The notes below the pieces were generated by a model that worked only from the letters and a program-made list of their open reading frames with translations, did not search any database and had not been told where the DNA came from. The translations under genes were made by a program, and so were the position numbers. 64,000 bases of DNA. It comes from Balanoglossus misakiensis (lineage: Eukaryota; Animalia; Hemichordata). This document shows positions 1 through 14,100 of the stretch, in pieces; within the stretch, counting starts at the first letter, position 1, and the number at the start of each line of letters is the position of its first letter. The stretch lies in NCBI GenBank assembly GCA_040954595.2, contig CM082593.2, forward strand, positions 6,851,579 to 6,915,578, read 5' to 3'.

Positions 1-1
1 T

Positions 2-3000
2 CACTCATCCTTTGGTTATGGCAATGGAGTATTTCTCTTGGATGATGTCGAATGCTCCGGTCTTGAAGACACGATTTCGGACTGTTCTCACGCGGGCTGG
101 GCAACACACAACTGTGCCCAGGACGAAGCAGCGGGCGTGGTCTGTCTCCCTGACGACAGTGAGTTATGCTTCCTTTGTCTCTCTCAGTTAGTTACAATGT
201 GATACTTAACTATCAAGTATCAAATATTTGATGTGGTATAGCAACATAAATTTTCCCTGTATTAAAGATATACGGTCACCCATGGAAAATTAGCTCTAGT
301 TACCATGGCAAATTGAGATCTAACCAATCACAGATTTTCAGTGGGTGGCACACGTGAAAAAAGAGCGCCACCATATGTTCTTTAGAACGCTCAAATACGC
401 CATTTCTGACATATATGGGCGTATGTAAATTGGAAGTGACCGTATACCTTTAACACTCTTTCTCATTTTGTTGTTTTTTGCAGCTGATGTGGTCTGTGAT
501 GCTGACCAGTTTGCGTGCAGTGGTGGAATGAGATGCATTCCTTCCAGATGGGTGTGTGATGGTGACAACGATTGTGGGGACATGTCCGATGAACAGGATT
601 GCGAGGCTCCCACAGAAGCGCCACCACCAGTCGAAGGTCAGTACAGTCTCACCAAGGTCACCACTAGAGGTCTTTGCAGAGTTTCAGGGTCTCAAACTTG
701 TTTAATCCATCCAACAAAAGATAGTACCCAAATTTTTGGAGACATATTTTTTTACATAGGCGATTCCACATCTTATATGGAACACTGCACAGTCACCATT
801 ACCTACTTCTATAGTTGCAGTTTAGAAATGATTCAGAAACTACTCATCTGTACACACTTGCTCACAGATAGTAATCACACCAATTCAGTTGTAAAATTCA
901 AAGCAAAACTCACATAGACAGTAAGACTTACTGCAAAACAGATTTTGTACTCAAATGAACATTTTCCTTTTGGGATGCTTATGGTTAAAGATCTACAGCT
1001 GCATTCGAAGTAACATATTCCATAAATTTCAGCAACCATGTGATGAACCAACAGGTTTATATGTCACTCAGAGCTGTGAGAATTGAGATCTGTTTAAATT
1101 TGAACAATCAGAGAAAAACACAACTTTGAAAGTTTCGTGAATGTTTCTCTCCACAGGCTGTACATTTGAAGTCGGCGTTGACAGAAAGGGCAACGACCTG
1201 AACGACGGCAAAGAAACTATTGTCAGCAATGCAGGAGAGTGCTGCCAGGTGTGTCGTAACACCCTGGGTTGTAGAGCTTGGAGTTTCGTCAAGGAGGAAG
1301 GACCCTCATTTGGTCAGTGTTGGCTGAAGGACGACACACCACCGGCAATCGTGTCTGACTGCTGTGACTCGGGTTTAGTGCAAGACGGTAAGCAGAGATT
1401 CATTGCAATTACCAAAGTATTGACATTTCTGTTAGTTGATGATTGTTTGCTTCTCCTTTGCCTAAGAATAATCAAGTGAGTGTTGTGTCCAAATATACAA
1501 TCAGATATTCTTTATTTTTTTTATTTTCAACTAGCACAATATGAGCATTATAAGGCACATTAATATCTCACAAAGTTTTTTTACATGACACATATAATGA
1601 TGATCCCAAATTTCTCTTGGTTACTACTAACCCTTTCACCCATTTTGATTTGTAGAGGTCCAATTTTGTCATAGAAAACAATGGATTTGGACCAAACCAT
1701 GGCGGTGAAAGGGTTAAAAAGTTGATTGGTAGAAATCAACTTCACGTTTTTTTTAAATGTTTATTCCAGAGCCTGGTTCCCATGCCGATATTCGATTAGT
1801 TGGCGGGGCTAACGCCAATGAGGGCCGACTGGAAGTGTGGTATAATGGAGAATGGGGTACCGTCTGTGATGACAACTTCAATGAAGTCAGTGCGCAAGTC
1901 GTCTGTCGTCAACTGGGAATCAGGTAGGGTGTACCATAATGAAACACTCCCTCTGATTGGCTGTTTAGTGGAGTTTCATTGCAAATGTTGGCTATTCAAC
2001 CAATGGCAGATATGCTCATGTTGAAGCAGCTACTTTGATGGAAACAGTTAAAGACATGAAAGATTCTGCTGTGAATACCCAGTTTTGACGAACTGGTGAA
2101 GATTTTGGTGGAATTTGAATGAAAATATAGCATCACAACTTATAGTCGTGTCTTCAGAGAATTTGATCACGCATTTTAACATTCACTTGTTTCCTATCTT
2201 TCCACACAGCGGTGTAGCTACATTCCATGCCCAAGCCCACTTTGGATCCGGTGTGGGTTCTATCTGGATGGACGATGTGATCTGTTCGGGCACCGAGAGC
2301 TTTCTGGACCAGTGCGAACACACACCTTGGGGTGAACATAACTGTGGCCACAGTGAGGATGTGGGAGTGTCTTGTGGCAGTGAACCACCACCGACAATTG
2401 GTAAGAATACCCGAGTTTGCCCACGATGTATTCCATATCGCCATCAGATGCCTCACAGAGTTGAGCAATTAACTGCAATAAAGCCATTATCTGGTTTCAT
2501 GGGTATATACATGTAACATCATTCTTAGAAATTTACCTAAAAATCTTGAAACTTTGGTGTGTGATGTATCGCCACCAACGTTGTAAATGTTGCAAAGATA
2601 AGTGATAAAGCAATATACATGTATCAGTCAGTAGAATGCCAATGGTTACATACGCAACCAAACGATAACTTATGGAAATTAGCTACAGTTACCATGGCAA
2701 ATTGAGATCTAGCCAACCACAGATTTTCAGTGGGTGGCACACGCGAAACACTCAGATATTAGCCATTTTTGCCATTTATGGACATACAGTCAAACCTGTG
2801 TTTAGTGACCACCTCTATATAGTGACAACCTCTATATAGTGGCCATTTTGTTACACAGTCCCTGTGCAACTTACATGTGCATTAATTGACCTGTCTATAA
2901 AGACCACCTGTCTATAAAGGCCAGTTTATTAAAGTCCCTTGACTGGCCACTATGCACTGGTATGACTGTATGTAAATTAGAGGTGACCGTGTACCTTTAA

Positions 3001-4414
3001 CTATGTGCCTTTTCTTTTGTAGTGCCTGGTAGTTGCGGCACGAAACCGGATCAATACAACGGACCAGCTTTGCGTATCGTTGGTGGAGAGCAAGCAGACG
3101 CTGGAGAATGGCCCTGGCAGATTGCACTCCGATTGAAGGGGTCCGGCCATTACTGTGGTGGAACTATCATCAATGAACATTATGTGGTCACTGCTGCCCA
3201 CTGCTTCGAAAGGTGAGATCAATTTTAAGTTAACCCTTTGCATTAAATTATTAGTAATGAACAAATGAAATGGGATAGATGATGAGGGGTATAGCATTGT
3301 CAGTGGCAGTGAGAAAATGAAAATATTGACATTCAAATTCTTTCAATATCATATTGATAAGATGCAAGTTTTCATAAAAAGGGACACCTACCAACAGAAC
3401 ACTAATTTTGTATTTTTTCCGCAAAGATATGGCAAAGACAGCTTCACGGTCATGGCTGGCGACCATAACAACGAACTGAACGAAGGGAGAGAACAAGAAT
3501 TCGACATCCAGTGTCTGTACGAACACGAGGCCTATGATCCAGAAAGCACCAACAGCGACATCGCTCTCCTGAAACTCGAGCCAAAGAACGGGCGTGGCAT
3601 CATCTTCAACAGCCACGCAGCGCCTGCTTGTCTGCCAACACACGGCGACCAGTTTACCGTCGGCCATGAATGCTGGACCTCAGGGTGGGGAAGTACAGGT
3701 AGGTGATCTACTAGTCTCAGGAAGTCAAGATTTGTGTATGTGTATGTACATGTACATGTATGTATATATGTGTGCAGTGTAAACATGTGTATATATGCAT
3801 GTCTCTGTGTGTACATGTATGTATGTACATATGTAAGTCTGTACATAGTTATATGTACATATGTATGTGTGTATGTGTATAGTATGTGTGTATGTATGTA
3901 TGTTCATGTATGTAATGCATGTACTGTATGTGTAAATCAGTACATACATGTATGTTTGTGTGTACATACATATATTTGGATTGATGTATGTATGTCTGAA
4001 ATGTAGGATACAAGTGTATATAAAGAATTTATCATTTGTAAAGTGGATGTACCGCAATACTAAAGGAACATAAGAACTATATTTTCCTGTTTGTCCAAAG
4101 GTTCCGAGTATCCAGCCATATTACGTGAGGCACTGACTCCCCTCATAGACTTTGATGAGTGTAATCGTCCAACGGGCTACGACGGCAAAGTCACTGACAA
4201 GATGTTCTGCGCTGGTTACATGCGCGGAGGCACGGATTCCTGCCAGGGCGACAGCGGTGGCCCGCTGGTCTGCAACAACGATGGTGCGTGGACACTGTGG
4301 GGCGTCACGTCGTGGGGTTACGGCTGCGCCAGGGCCAACTACCCGGGCGTCTACACCCGAGTGTCCGAGTTCACGCAATGGATCAACGACAAAATGGCAC
4401 TGAACACATGCTAG
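2..4414 (+). CDS. Mosaic trypsin-like serine protease, 5'-partial: SRCR - LDLa - PAN/Apple - SRCR - trypsin (S1A)
   Basis: Phase-consistent exons: 2-158 (second half of [20 protein letters not shown]), 484-636 (LDLa, [23 protein letters not shown]), 1157-1387 (PAN/Apple, [20 protein letters not shown]), 1770-1923 and 2210-2400 ([43 protein letters not shown]), 3023-3212, 3427-3698 and 4101-4414 (R|IVGG activation site, [20 protein letters not shown] with S1 Asp). Candidate polyA signal AATAAA at 4770. Confidence 0.93.
266..449. mobile_element. Kolobok-like MITE, family A (about 185 bp)
   Basis: TTAA on both sides (262-265, 450-453). TIR AG(A/G)TATACGGTCAC..GTGACCGTATACCT. Homologous copies at about 2670-2996, 17643-17805 and 37144-37328, with degenerate or partial copies near 15410-15475 and 58150-58320. 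A TTAA TSD with purine-purine termini fits Kolobok. Confidence 0.75.
1631..1713. mobile_element. piggyBac-like MITE, family B (about 85 bp)
   Basis: CCCTTTCACC..GGTGAAAGGG TIR with TTAA on the right and CTAA on the left. Further copies at 11951-12034, 12040-12125, 18515-18598, 22555-22639, 56688-56784 and 57060-57145. Confidence 0.75.
2670..2996. mobile_element. Kolobok-like MITE family A copy, 5'-truncated and interrupted by a nested insertion
   Basis: Shares GTTACCATGGCAAATTGAGATCTAGCCAA..GTGGGTGGCACACG and the right end GGTGACCGTGTACCT+TTAA with the 266-449 copy. Confidence 0.7.
2787..2968. mobile_element. Tc1/mariner (pogo/Tigger-like) MITE nested in the family A copy
   Basis: TA|CAGTCAAACC..GGTATGACTG|TA, with internal repeats of GTGACCACCTCTATATA. 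Removing it plus one TA restores GGACATATGTAAATT as seen in the other family A copies. Confidence 0.75.
3732..4000. repeat. Degenerate (GT)/(ATGT) microsatellite in the last protease intron
   Basis: Continuous tgtgta/tatgta/catgta units. Confidence 0.9.
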
Positions 4415-4985
4415 GTGACCTTTGACCCATGTTAGCAGACTAGAACTCAGAAATTCTCATTCGTATCAACCTCAGCGTTTTTGATCATGAGAAATGATTC
4501 TGTAAATTTTATAAACAGGAATTCTTTTTGGAAAAAAAATTAAGGAACTAATTTGATGGCCAAGGAAACTTGTACAGTACTTCGACAGCACTTGCAAGTT
4601 ATTTTGATGATGAGTCATGGGTTTTAAGACCTTTTCTGATGTGAATTTTAATAGGATTCTTGCAAATATCTGCTTTACATTTTTTTACTATTAAAGGAAT
4701 TAACTCTTCAACTTTAAAACATTGGTCATTGTGAGTAATGTTGATGCTGAATGATCACAAACGTTAGCAAATAAATTTCATTTGCACTTATCATAGGTAC
4801 ATGTATAGTATTTGTATACCTATGATAGACTTGCTTGCTATCTGTCTACAAGAAAGCACATCACACATGTCTTTGCACACAAATTATATCACAAGAAACA
4901 TAGTTCATGTTGTCATGTAAACAGATGGTTTTATTTTCTCGGCTCTTATAATTTACACAACATGATAACGTACAGAATAAACTTC

Positions 4986-6517
<1,532 letters not shown>

Positions 6518-6803
6518 TCAGACTGTTAAAATGCAGTAAGAGTAATATTATATCGTGTTAACAACCAAGAAATCGTGCGCGATTTAGTGTTTCGGTACCA
6601 TAACATTCACACGTCCTGTCTACACCAAGTGGGGTCATGTACAGACAGAACGATTTTGGAAGGTTCTGTACCCAAATAAGGTATAAAATAACATGTTTAG
6701 GGTGGGAGAAAGGCTGTAGGGTTTTATTTTCACTTAAAGATTTGTCGATTTTTCATTTAGGTTAACAGATGAAACCAGATTTCAGTAGCATGTTTTGACC
6801 TAC

Positions 6804-6840
6804 CAACGTAGTAAAATGGCCGACTTGATGAGAAAAGAAC
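6804..6840 (-). promoter_or_regulatory. RPS14 TCT-motif start / 5'TOP and non-coding exon 1
   Basis: Minus strand TTC(+1 at about 6837)TTTTCTC polypyrimidine start, then a YY1-like GGCCATTTT motif and donor TTG|GTAGGT at 6803. Acceptor CTTTAG|CAATG at 6504. Confidence 0.7.
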
Positions 6841-6921
6841 GACCTCTCGTAGAAAATCTCGTAAGGTGCGTTACTTTGAAACAGACCACCTAGCTTGCTT
6901 TTTGTATATCCCAGTAAACCC

Positions 6922-7380
6922 TAGTCTCGGTTACCCAGACGCCTTTGCTTCTTCCGATGCTCTCCAGAAAAGGGTCTGGGGAAATGCTATTGAAAGCTTT
7001 GTAAAACAAAATGGCCGATGTCAGGATTTTGATCATCGCCTGATTGGCTGAGCTGTCAGTATGACCCGGGTCACTGCAATAGTTTCGACAATCGTCTACC
7101 AAAGATATTTCATATAATTTCTCCAACAATGCTAACAGAGGACGCATTTTGCCTTTCGCATCAACCAACAAGTACCGGTCTCTTGATATGAAGATACGAC
7201 AAATAATCACACATTGTCGAGAGTCAGTGACCCGGGTCATACTGACAGCTCAGCCAATCAGGCGATGATCAAAATCCTGACATCGGCCATTTTGTTTTAC
7301 AAAGCTTTCAATAGCATTTCCCCAGACCCTTTTTCTGGAGAGCATCGGAAGAAGCAAAGGCGTCTGGGTAACCGAGACTA
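6922..7380. mobile_element. Foldback MITE, 459 bp, 155/156-bp TIRs, 9-bp TSD (AcademH-like)
   Basis: Arms 6922-7076 and 7225-7380 are reverse complements apart from one indel. Termini TAGTCTCGG..CCGAGACTA. AGTAAACCC duplicated at 6913-6921 and 7381-7389. Confidence 0.9.
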
Positions 7381-8116
7381 AGTAAACCCGGGCGAGATAA
7401 AATGTAATTTTTGGTGTAGTAATACTAGTTAATTTTACTCAGACATACGCTAAAATTTCGGGGAGAAAAAATGCTAAAAACTTACGGAGAATTTTTTGCA
7501 TTCTATTGATTTTCATTGATATTTAACATAATTTTAGTTTTTTCTCCCTAAGCTAGGGGTTTCAACAACCGGCGGATACAATCCATTTCATATTTAGTCA
7601 TTTCCATGTCATTTTCATATACTTCGCGTAGACAACGGATGTTATTCTCAAAGCGGAACATATACTACTGCTCGTCTGTGTTTTTACCAGAAATAGCCGA
7701 AGAATCCAGACGATTCCAGCTTTGAACTAATCTTCCGAGTTCGTCCGACCAGACCCGAGGGATATCCGAAACCTTTGATCAGGTGGCCATCTTTGTTTTC
7801 ATTTTGTAGCCGGACTTTGTAAATTGAAGATTTAGCCGAAATATCTCCAAGATGGTCTTCCTGTAATAACTAGAACAAAAGACACGCTTTTATTTGTTGA
7901 AAGGACAAGACAGACCACACGGCAATTGTTGCATCGGGGATCGTGATAAATATTTTAGCATGATTTGACAGAAAAGTCTGCAGTGAAACATTTTTCATCC
8001 GATTTTGAGGTGTGTACTGTTCAGTGTAAACTGATGGTAGATACTGAGCTTTCATAGACAACCACAGTATTGTAATTGTGGACTTTGTCTTGGAGTTCAA
8101 CTGACCAGCAGGCGAT

Positions 8117-11100
8117 ATGGATTTTATGTTTGACTGGGAAGATGGTGACCAATTTTCGTTCGAAGACAGCGATCGTTTTGAAGAAGACTCTTTGTGTTCG
8201 TGGCTGAGTGAAACGGAGAGCGTCTGCAATAATTGGAGGGGTTGGAAAAAGGCAGGGAATGTGCCTTACACTCCACCCGAAGGTAGGTGTTTAAAACGAT
8301 ATCATTTATTCACTTTTCAACGAAAAATATCCAGCTATTCTACAGTTCTTTTGATATCGTTCACACCCGGCGACCTTGCTGTAAAGATGGCCTTGTGACG
8401 TCACCACCGGTGCAGACAAAAGCGACCTTGTAAATTGTAAAGTATATTAGAACGCAGGGTCAAAGCCATTGAATTTTATCTCAAGATCTCACAATTTAAT
8501 TATTTAGAAAACATAATTATGAAATACTCATCTCTCAGTGAAAACTTCGTATTTTTTCTCCACCTTCCACAAAAAAAAAATTCTGACATTGTATGGATTC
8601 TAAATAACCTGTAGTAACATGAAGGTACTCAATTCATATGTACAGTGATGATGAATGGTGATATGTCATGTCATGACTGTAGTGGTACACGTTGGATTTT
8701 GAAATTGTCTTTACAAATTCAACCGACAAAGTGTTTCAAAATGAATAAATTAAGTGTTCCAAGGTGTGTAAAGAGAGATCCATTATTGAATAGTGAATTA
8801 GTCAACGAGTGGGCGTACATGTACATGTATTTCACTTGGTACAATGTACTACTATTTGCTGAAACATATTCCATATGGCCAGGTTGTAATGTCATAGCAA
8901 ATTATGCCATGGGAGTTGCTGCTTTCATGGTTGTGCTGACAATTGTCTGTGGCAGAGTCTGCTGTCTTTTGTGCAAAATCTGTCGTGTCATTGCTGCCCT
9001 TGAAAAAAAAAAACTACTCTACCCATTGAGAAATAGTGTGGTGAAGTAACTGTAAATACTCTTAACTGTTACCTGTATACAGTTATGATTTATGCATCTG
9101 ACATATTGCAGTTTAGTGCTAAAATATAAAACACAACCGCTATGTGTTGTTGACCTCTTTCCATCATTGACCTTGGATGACTTGGTGATTGTGGTGGCCT
9201 CGAAATTCACACCTACATGCATTTCCTACCCAAAAGCAAACATGGAACCATGGTGATGTTTTATGGCTGTGATGCCATTTGACAAACTTCCGGTTATTTA
9301 AATCAATATGGAAAATGTACAAATCAATCTACCAACAAGTAGGTGTGATAGGGAAGACAAATTGATTATTTAATCTAGTTTAAACAAATGTTTATGAATT
9401 GTAAATGTTGTATTGCAGGCATGAGTGATGACATAAGAAATGAATCATTTCGATACATTACACAATTTACAATTTATATCCAATGACCAAAATAAGAGGG
9501 AAAAATGTTGATGAAATTGAGAAATGCTACACGTTGCAATACCATTGGGTCAACAGACACTTGGGTTGTAACAAATAGCGAGTTATGTTAGTTTATATGG
9601 TCAGTTGACCCCGTGACCTTTCTCGTCAGTCGGGATAGCATTGGTTTTCTGTCACTGTACGAGTTAATTAACATATACACCAAGGATAAAATGATACAGG
9701 CACATATTGTACTCTCTGGTAACTATCATTAACAACTCATGCTGTATGTTTATACTGGAGAAAATGCAGAGCTGGTACTATACAATTTCTAATGGAAGTA
9801 ATACTCAAACTTAACAACAGACACACCTCCAGAATGAGATGACAAGCAGTTTCTACTGGATGTAACAGAACCGTCCAGAAATTCTTAAATTTCAAAAATG
9901 ATTTGATATATGTACAAGGACTCTGCATTTCTACAGTTGGACAATTTGTGGGCACAGGTTAGAGCAGAACTATGTTTCCATCTGGATCAGCTCTGGGCTA
10001 ACCCGAGGCCAGTCTTGGGTTAGCCTATTTAGCATCTCATTAGCATACCAGTCCACTATTTAACCAATAGCACAGTGACACATCAGTTTAGCTAACTCTG
10101 GGCCAGAAATGTAGTCTTGTTCAGTATAAGATATCAGAAAAGAATGTTTTATGTATTATTTTTAATACAAACGAGAGTCGTACAGACTGTTAATATTTGA
10201 TCATGATTAATTTTGAAAGCAGTTTTAGTGTTTTCAAAAGAAAAAAAAATGTTTTGACTCAATTCTCTTTTTTTATGACTAACACATAGAAAACATCCAA
10301 GCATGATTCTCACTTCTTATAAGTAATTCGTCTCCTGAAATATACATTATTCTCGAGGGCAAAAGTGTTTTCGTTCACCAGCTTGACATTTCAGTACTTG
10401 TTAAAGAACTTGTACTTTACCAGATTTGTCTCATAAGCTAGTTTTGCCGCAATACCTTTTATGTTACTATCACTTAGGAGGATTTGAGATCCAGAAATGA
10501 ATAATAGATGGGTACATATAGGTAGAAGGAAGGTGTTACACGTAAAACCAAGCACAGTGTAGTGTACTCTGCGTTGTTTTCACTCATTTTGCATGTCTAC
10601 TTCTTGTGTACATGCTAATTTGAAAATGAATCTTGTCATTACTTTTAAGAGTGTGTGAAAGCTCGTAAAATTTTATTACCTCTGAGTGACCCAATTTGAA
10701 CTACATAAAATGAATATGTAAATTAATATAGCTGTAGTATTATGAAAATCGTTAAATTGCATGATAAACAAAATGAACGTGCACATGTTTTCATGTACAT
10801 CAGGGAACACCTGAACTTTTAATGATCCTGCGTCCTTGGGAAATAAAATTTCCAATTATGGGCCAATTATAGGTCGTACTAATTAATCTTGTGTGTGTGT
10901 TTTGCGTTTGCTTTCCTCCGCAGAATGCCAGGTGATGCCGTTGGTGGAGCTGGCCGCGATTGTAGTCGCGTGCCACGTTCCGTTCGAGTACGTGGAGCGG
11001 GTGTACCCACCAGTGCCGGAGCAGCTGCAGTTGCGGATTGCATTTTGGAGTTTTCCTGAAAATGAGGAGGATATAAGGTGAGTGGTTTACTTCCAAATTT

Positions 11101-14100
11101 AAATGAAGGCATGTAACAATTATTTAGTTCATTCTGCTTTCAGTTGAATTCCTTTGCTTTACCAGATATGGTATTGTGTCAGATTTGTAACAATTACAGT
11201 GCACGATAGATTTTTCCGAGTTGAACTGATCAATTCTGTCAATTTTATCAAAGGCTGAGGTACCTGCCATTCACACACTATGAACAGTACATTTGTAAAT
11301 TCTGATTCGCAGAAATAATGTACACAATATATAAAGCGGGTTTGCCACTAATACAATGTTCAAAGTTGACTTTGACTGTATATTGAAATGATCAATATCA
11401 TTCACAATTCCATCAAAAGTGTGTCACAATTGCCATACAGGATGCTGTAAGAAATCACATTTTGTGGCCCTTAATCTGTGTATGTCCTAAAAATGTGTGG
11501 CTCTTACACAAATGACATGGTACTTTTGAGTTGTTACTCATGTTCTGGGGCTCCCATCTCGATGCAAATGGCATTCAAGGAAGCATCTGATACTCTGGGA
11601 AAATCTTATGCTGCTTAATAATAAAAGAACTATAAATGCTGGGTGGTTAAAAATCATGTTAAATTATGTCACAGTACCGTTCTTGATACAGTGAGATCGA
11701 TATCTCGTGTTTCTAACATGTCTTCTGGTTCAGATAGCAATTTCGATATAATAATGCTGTGCTAACTGTATTCATTTACTGGTAGGTCACACAAATGAAA
11801 TATATTGTATAAAATGGATTATTATTGAAAAATGTTCGAGTACTGTATTTAATAAGCAGTCCTACTATCCATTTTGTCATATGGGTATTGCTAGGCTCGT
11901 ACAGTTTTAATCTGTACAGGAGGGAACGTCTGTTGCGAAATGAAGATTAACCCTTTTACCACCAATGGTTTGGTCCAACTCCATTGTTCTCAAGGGCAGT
12001 GTTGGACCTCTGTACCGAGAAATGGGGATGAAAGTTAAACCCTTTCACCCCCCTTTTCTCCATGTCGAGGTCAAACTTCACCACAGAAAATCAGTGGACT
12101 TGGACCAAACCATTGTGGCAAGGGATTAAAACCGTTCAATTAAATGCCCATCCCCACTTCCTGTCCGTTGTCAAACGTGGGAGTTTTTTGCACCATTGAT
12201 CACATCAGACAATGTCAGAGGTGGGTTTACCATTGAAACTGTATTCCATTAAAGTAATTAGCCGATTATTAAGTTTAATCTAATGCACATCTGGAAAACT
12301 GCTATGACCACACCCCCTCTAGTGTAACAGTTATTAGTTAAAAAATAAAATCATTGTTTGACAGCTTTGTGATGTAGATCGTAAGCAAGATTCCAGGCCA
12401 TATACTCATCGAGGATTAGTATTGTACGAAAGGTTACATAAACACACTGATACTTATTAAGCATAATTAGCTATCATTGAACTCTTAAATTCACTTGAAC
12501 GATATATACATCACTAGTAGTATACGTATATGTACATTTTGTACGTAGGTGTCAATGACAGAAGTGGGATTGCTTCCCCCAGCTTGGCTGTAGAGAGCTT
12601 TTCTTTCATGAGAAAAAATATACATGATCATATATCCCAGCACAATTTCTGTTAGGAGCAATTACATGTTTCATCTACCATGCAGAAATTCTCATCATCA
12701 TCATCAGGGATACATGTACATTGTACATGTGAATGCCACTTACCAACAAAAGAAAACGTGACTCTTTCCCTCGTCCTAGTGAATTGCAAATTAATCCCAC
12801 GAGGGGAGAAATAACCTCTTTTCATTTATTGGCAAAATGCATCATATGCTTTAATGAAGTGGCGAGTTTATACAGCAAATAACCCCTTACATTGTTTGAG
12901 GGGGAGGGGGATGTTCTGTTTGATATTGGTCGTTAGAGAGTACATATATTGAGGGGTCAATGACAGAGGAAGTGTTGTGGACAGCAGGAAAATACGACGG
13001 ATAACAGTGAAAAGTTTGCCGTAAGGCATTGAGTCACATTTTATTTGTCATTCTGCTGTTGAATTTCACTGATAAAATGTATTCAGAAATTACTCATTCT
13101 ACAAAAAAATGTAGCTTTTGTTGTGTGGTTTAGATAACAAAAAATTAAAATTAAGATCAACAATTTATTTTAATTACACAAGTGGAGTTAAACCAGAAAC
13201 GTAGGATTTACTGGACTCAGTCTTTTAATTAGTAGCAAATTGTACATCCATTCCTTGAGATGTTTTAAATATAAATTTTCCTTCAATGTATAAAGCAGGG
13301 GAAAATTATACATTGAAAATTTATAAATCTGACGAAAATTGATTTGACATACAAGTAAAAATTATGTGAAGATATTACGTCGCCCCCGCTAAACTGCCAT
13401 CAAAAACAGAAATATGGTGAACCACAAAATATTGATGATGGGATGTCCAATTATAAATTTATGTTGAAATTTCTCATGAAAGTAAATTTATTTTGATTTT
13501 ATTGATATTTATTTAATTATACAGTACATTTTAATCATTCATAGCATATTTTTCTACGCTGGTCGACCAGCTGGTGTGTGTAAAATGAGAACCGATATTG
13601 TCTTGGGTCAGGGTGCGCGAGACAAATCTGTCCACTCTATAAGAAATAATATTATCTGTTTGTAAAATGTAATAAACAGTTCTAAAATAATAATTATGAA
13701 ATGGAATAAATATTTCTGAAATAATAATTGTGAAAAAGAAGAAATATTTCTAAAATACTATTAATAAAAATGAAATGGTGTTCGATGTGGGACTTTTCCC
13801 TTCCCTGGCGTTTTAATTTTTGAAAAATCATTTTATTGAAGATTCACCTTTTGACTTTAAAGTAAAGGTTAAATGTAACCTGATTTTTGTGTGGATAAGA
13901 GAATCTGCATTGTAATCTGAAGCTTGCCGGTGAGGTCAAAGGTCAGTTTCATATTTCCCTCCCAGGGATACATTAGGTGCATTGATAAATGCTGTATCCT
14001 TCAGAATTCTGTATTGACAGAAAAATATAATGACCATAAATTGGTGATAAAATTTACACCATTTGTGTCTCTACTGATAATGATACATTTATATGACTTT

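Noticed and set aside
3725-4057. Y/T/H/I- and C/V-rich ORFs (also 16475-17092 beyond the exon)
   Set aside because: Microsatellite translations.
6583-6675. Long hairpin followed by ACA in RPS14 intron 1
   Set aside because: Single hairpin, stem-to-ACA spacing of about 21 nt is non-canonical, and no H box or partner hairpin is visible.
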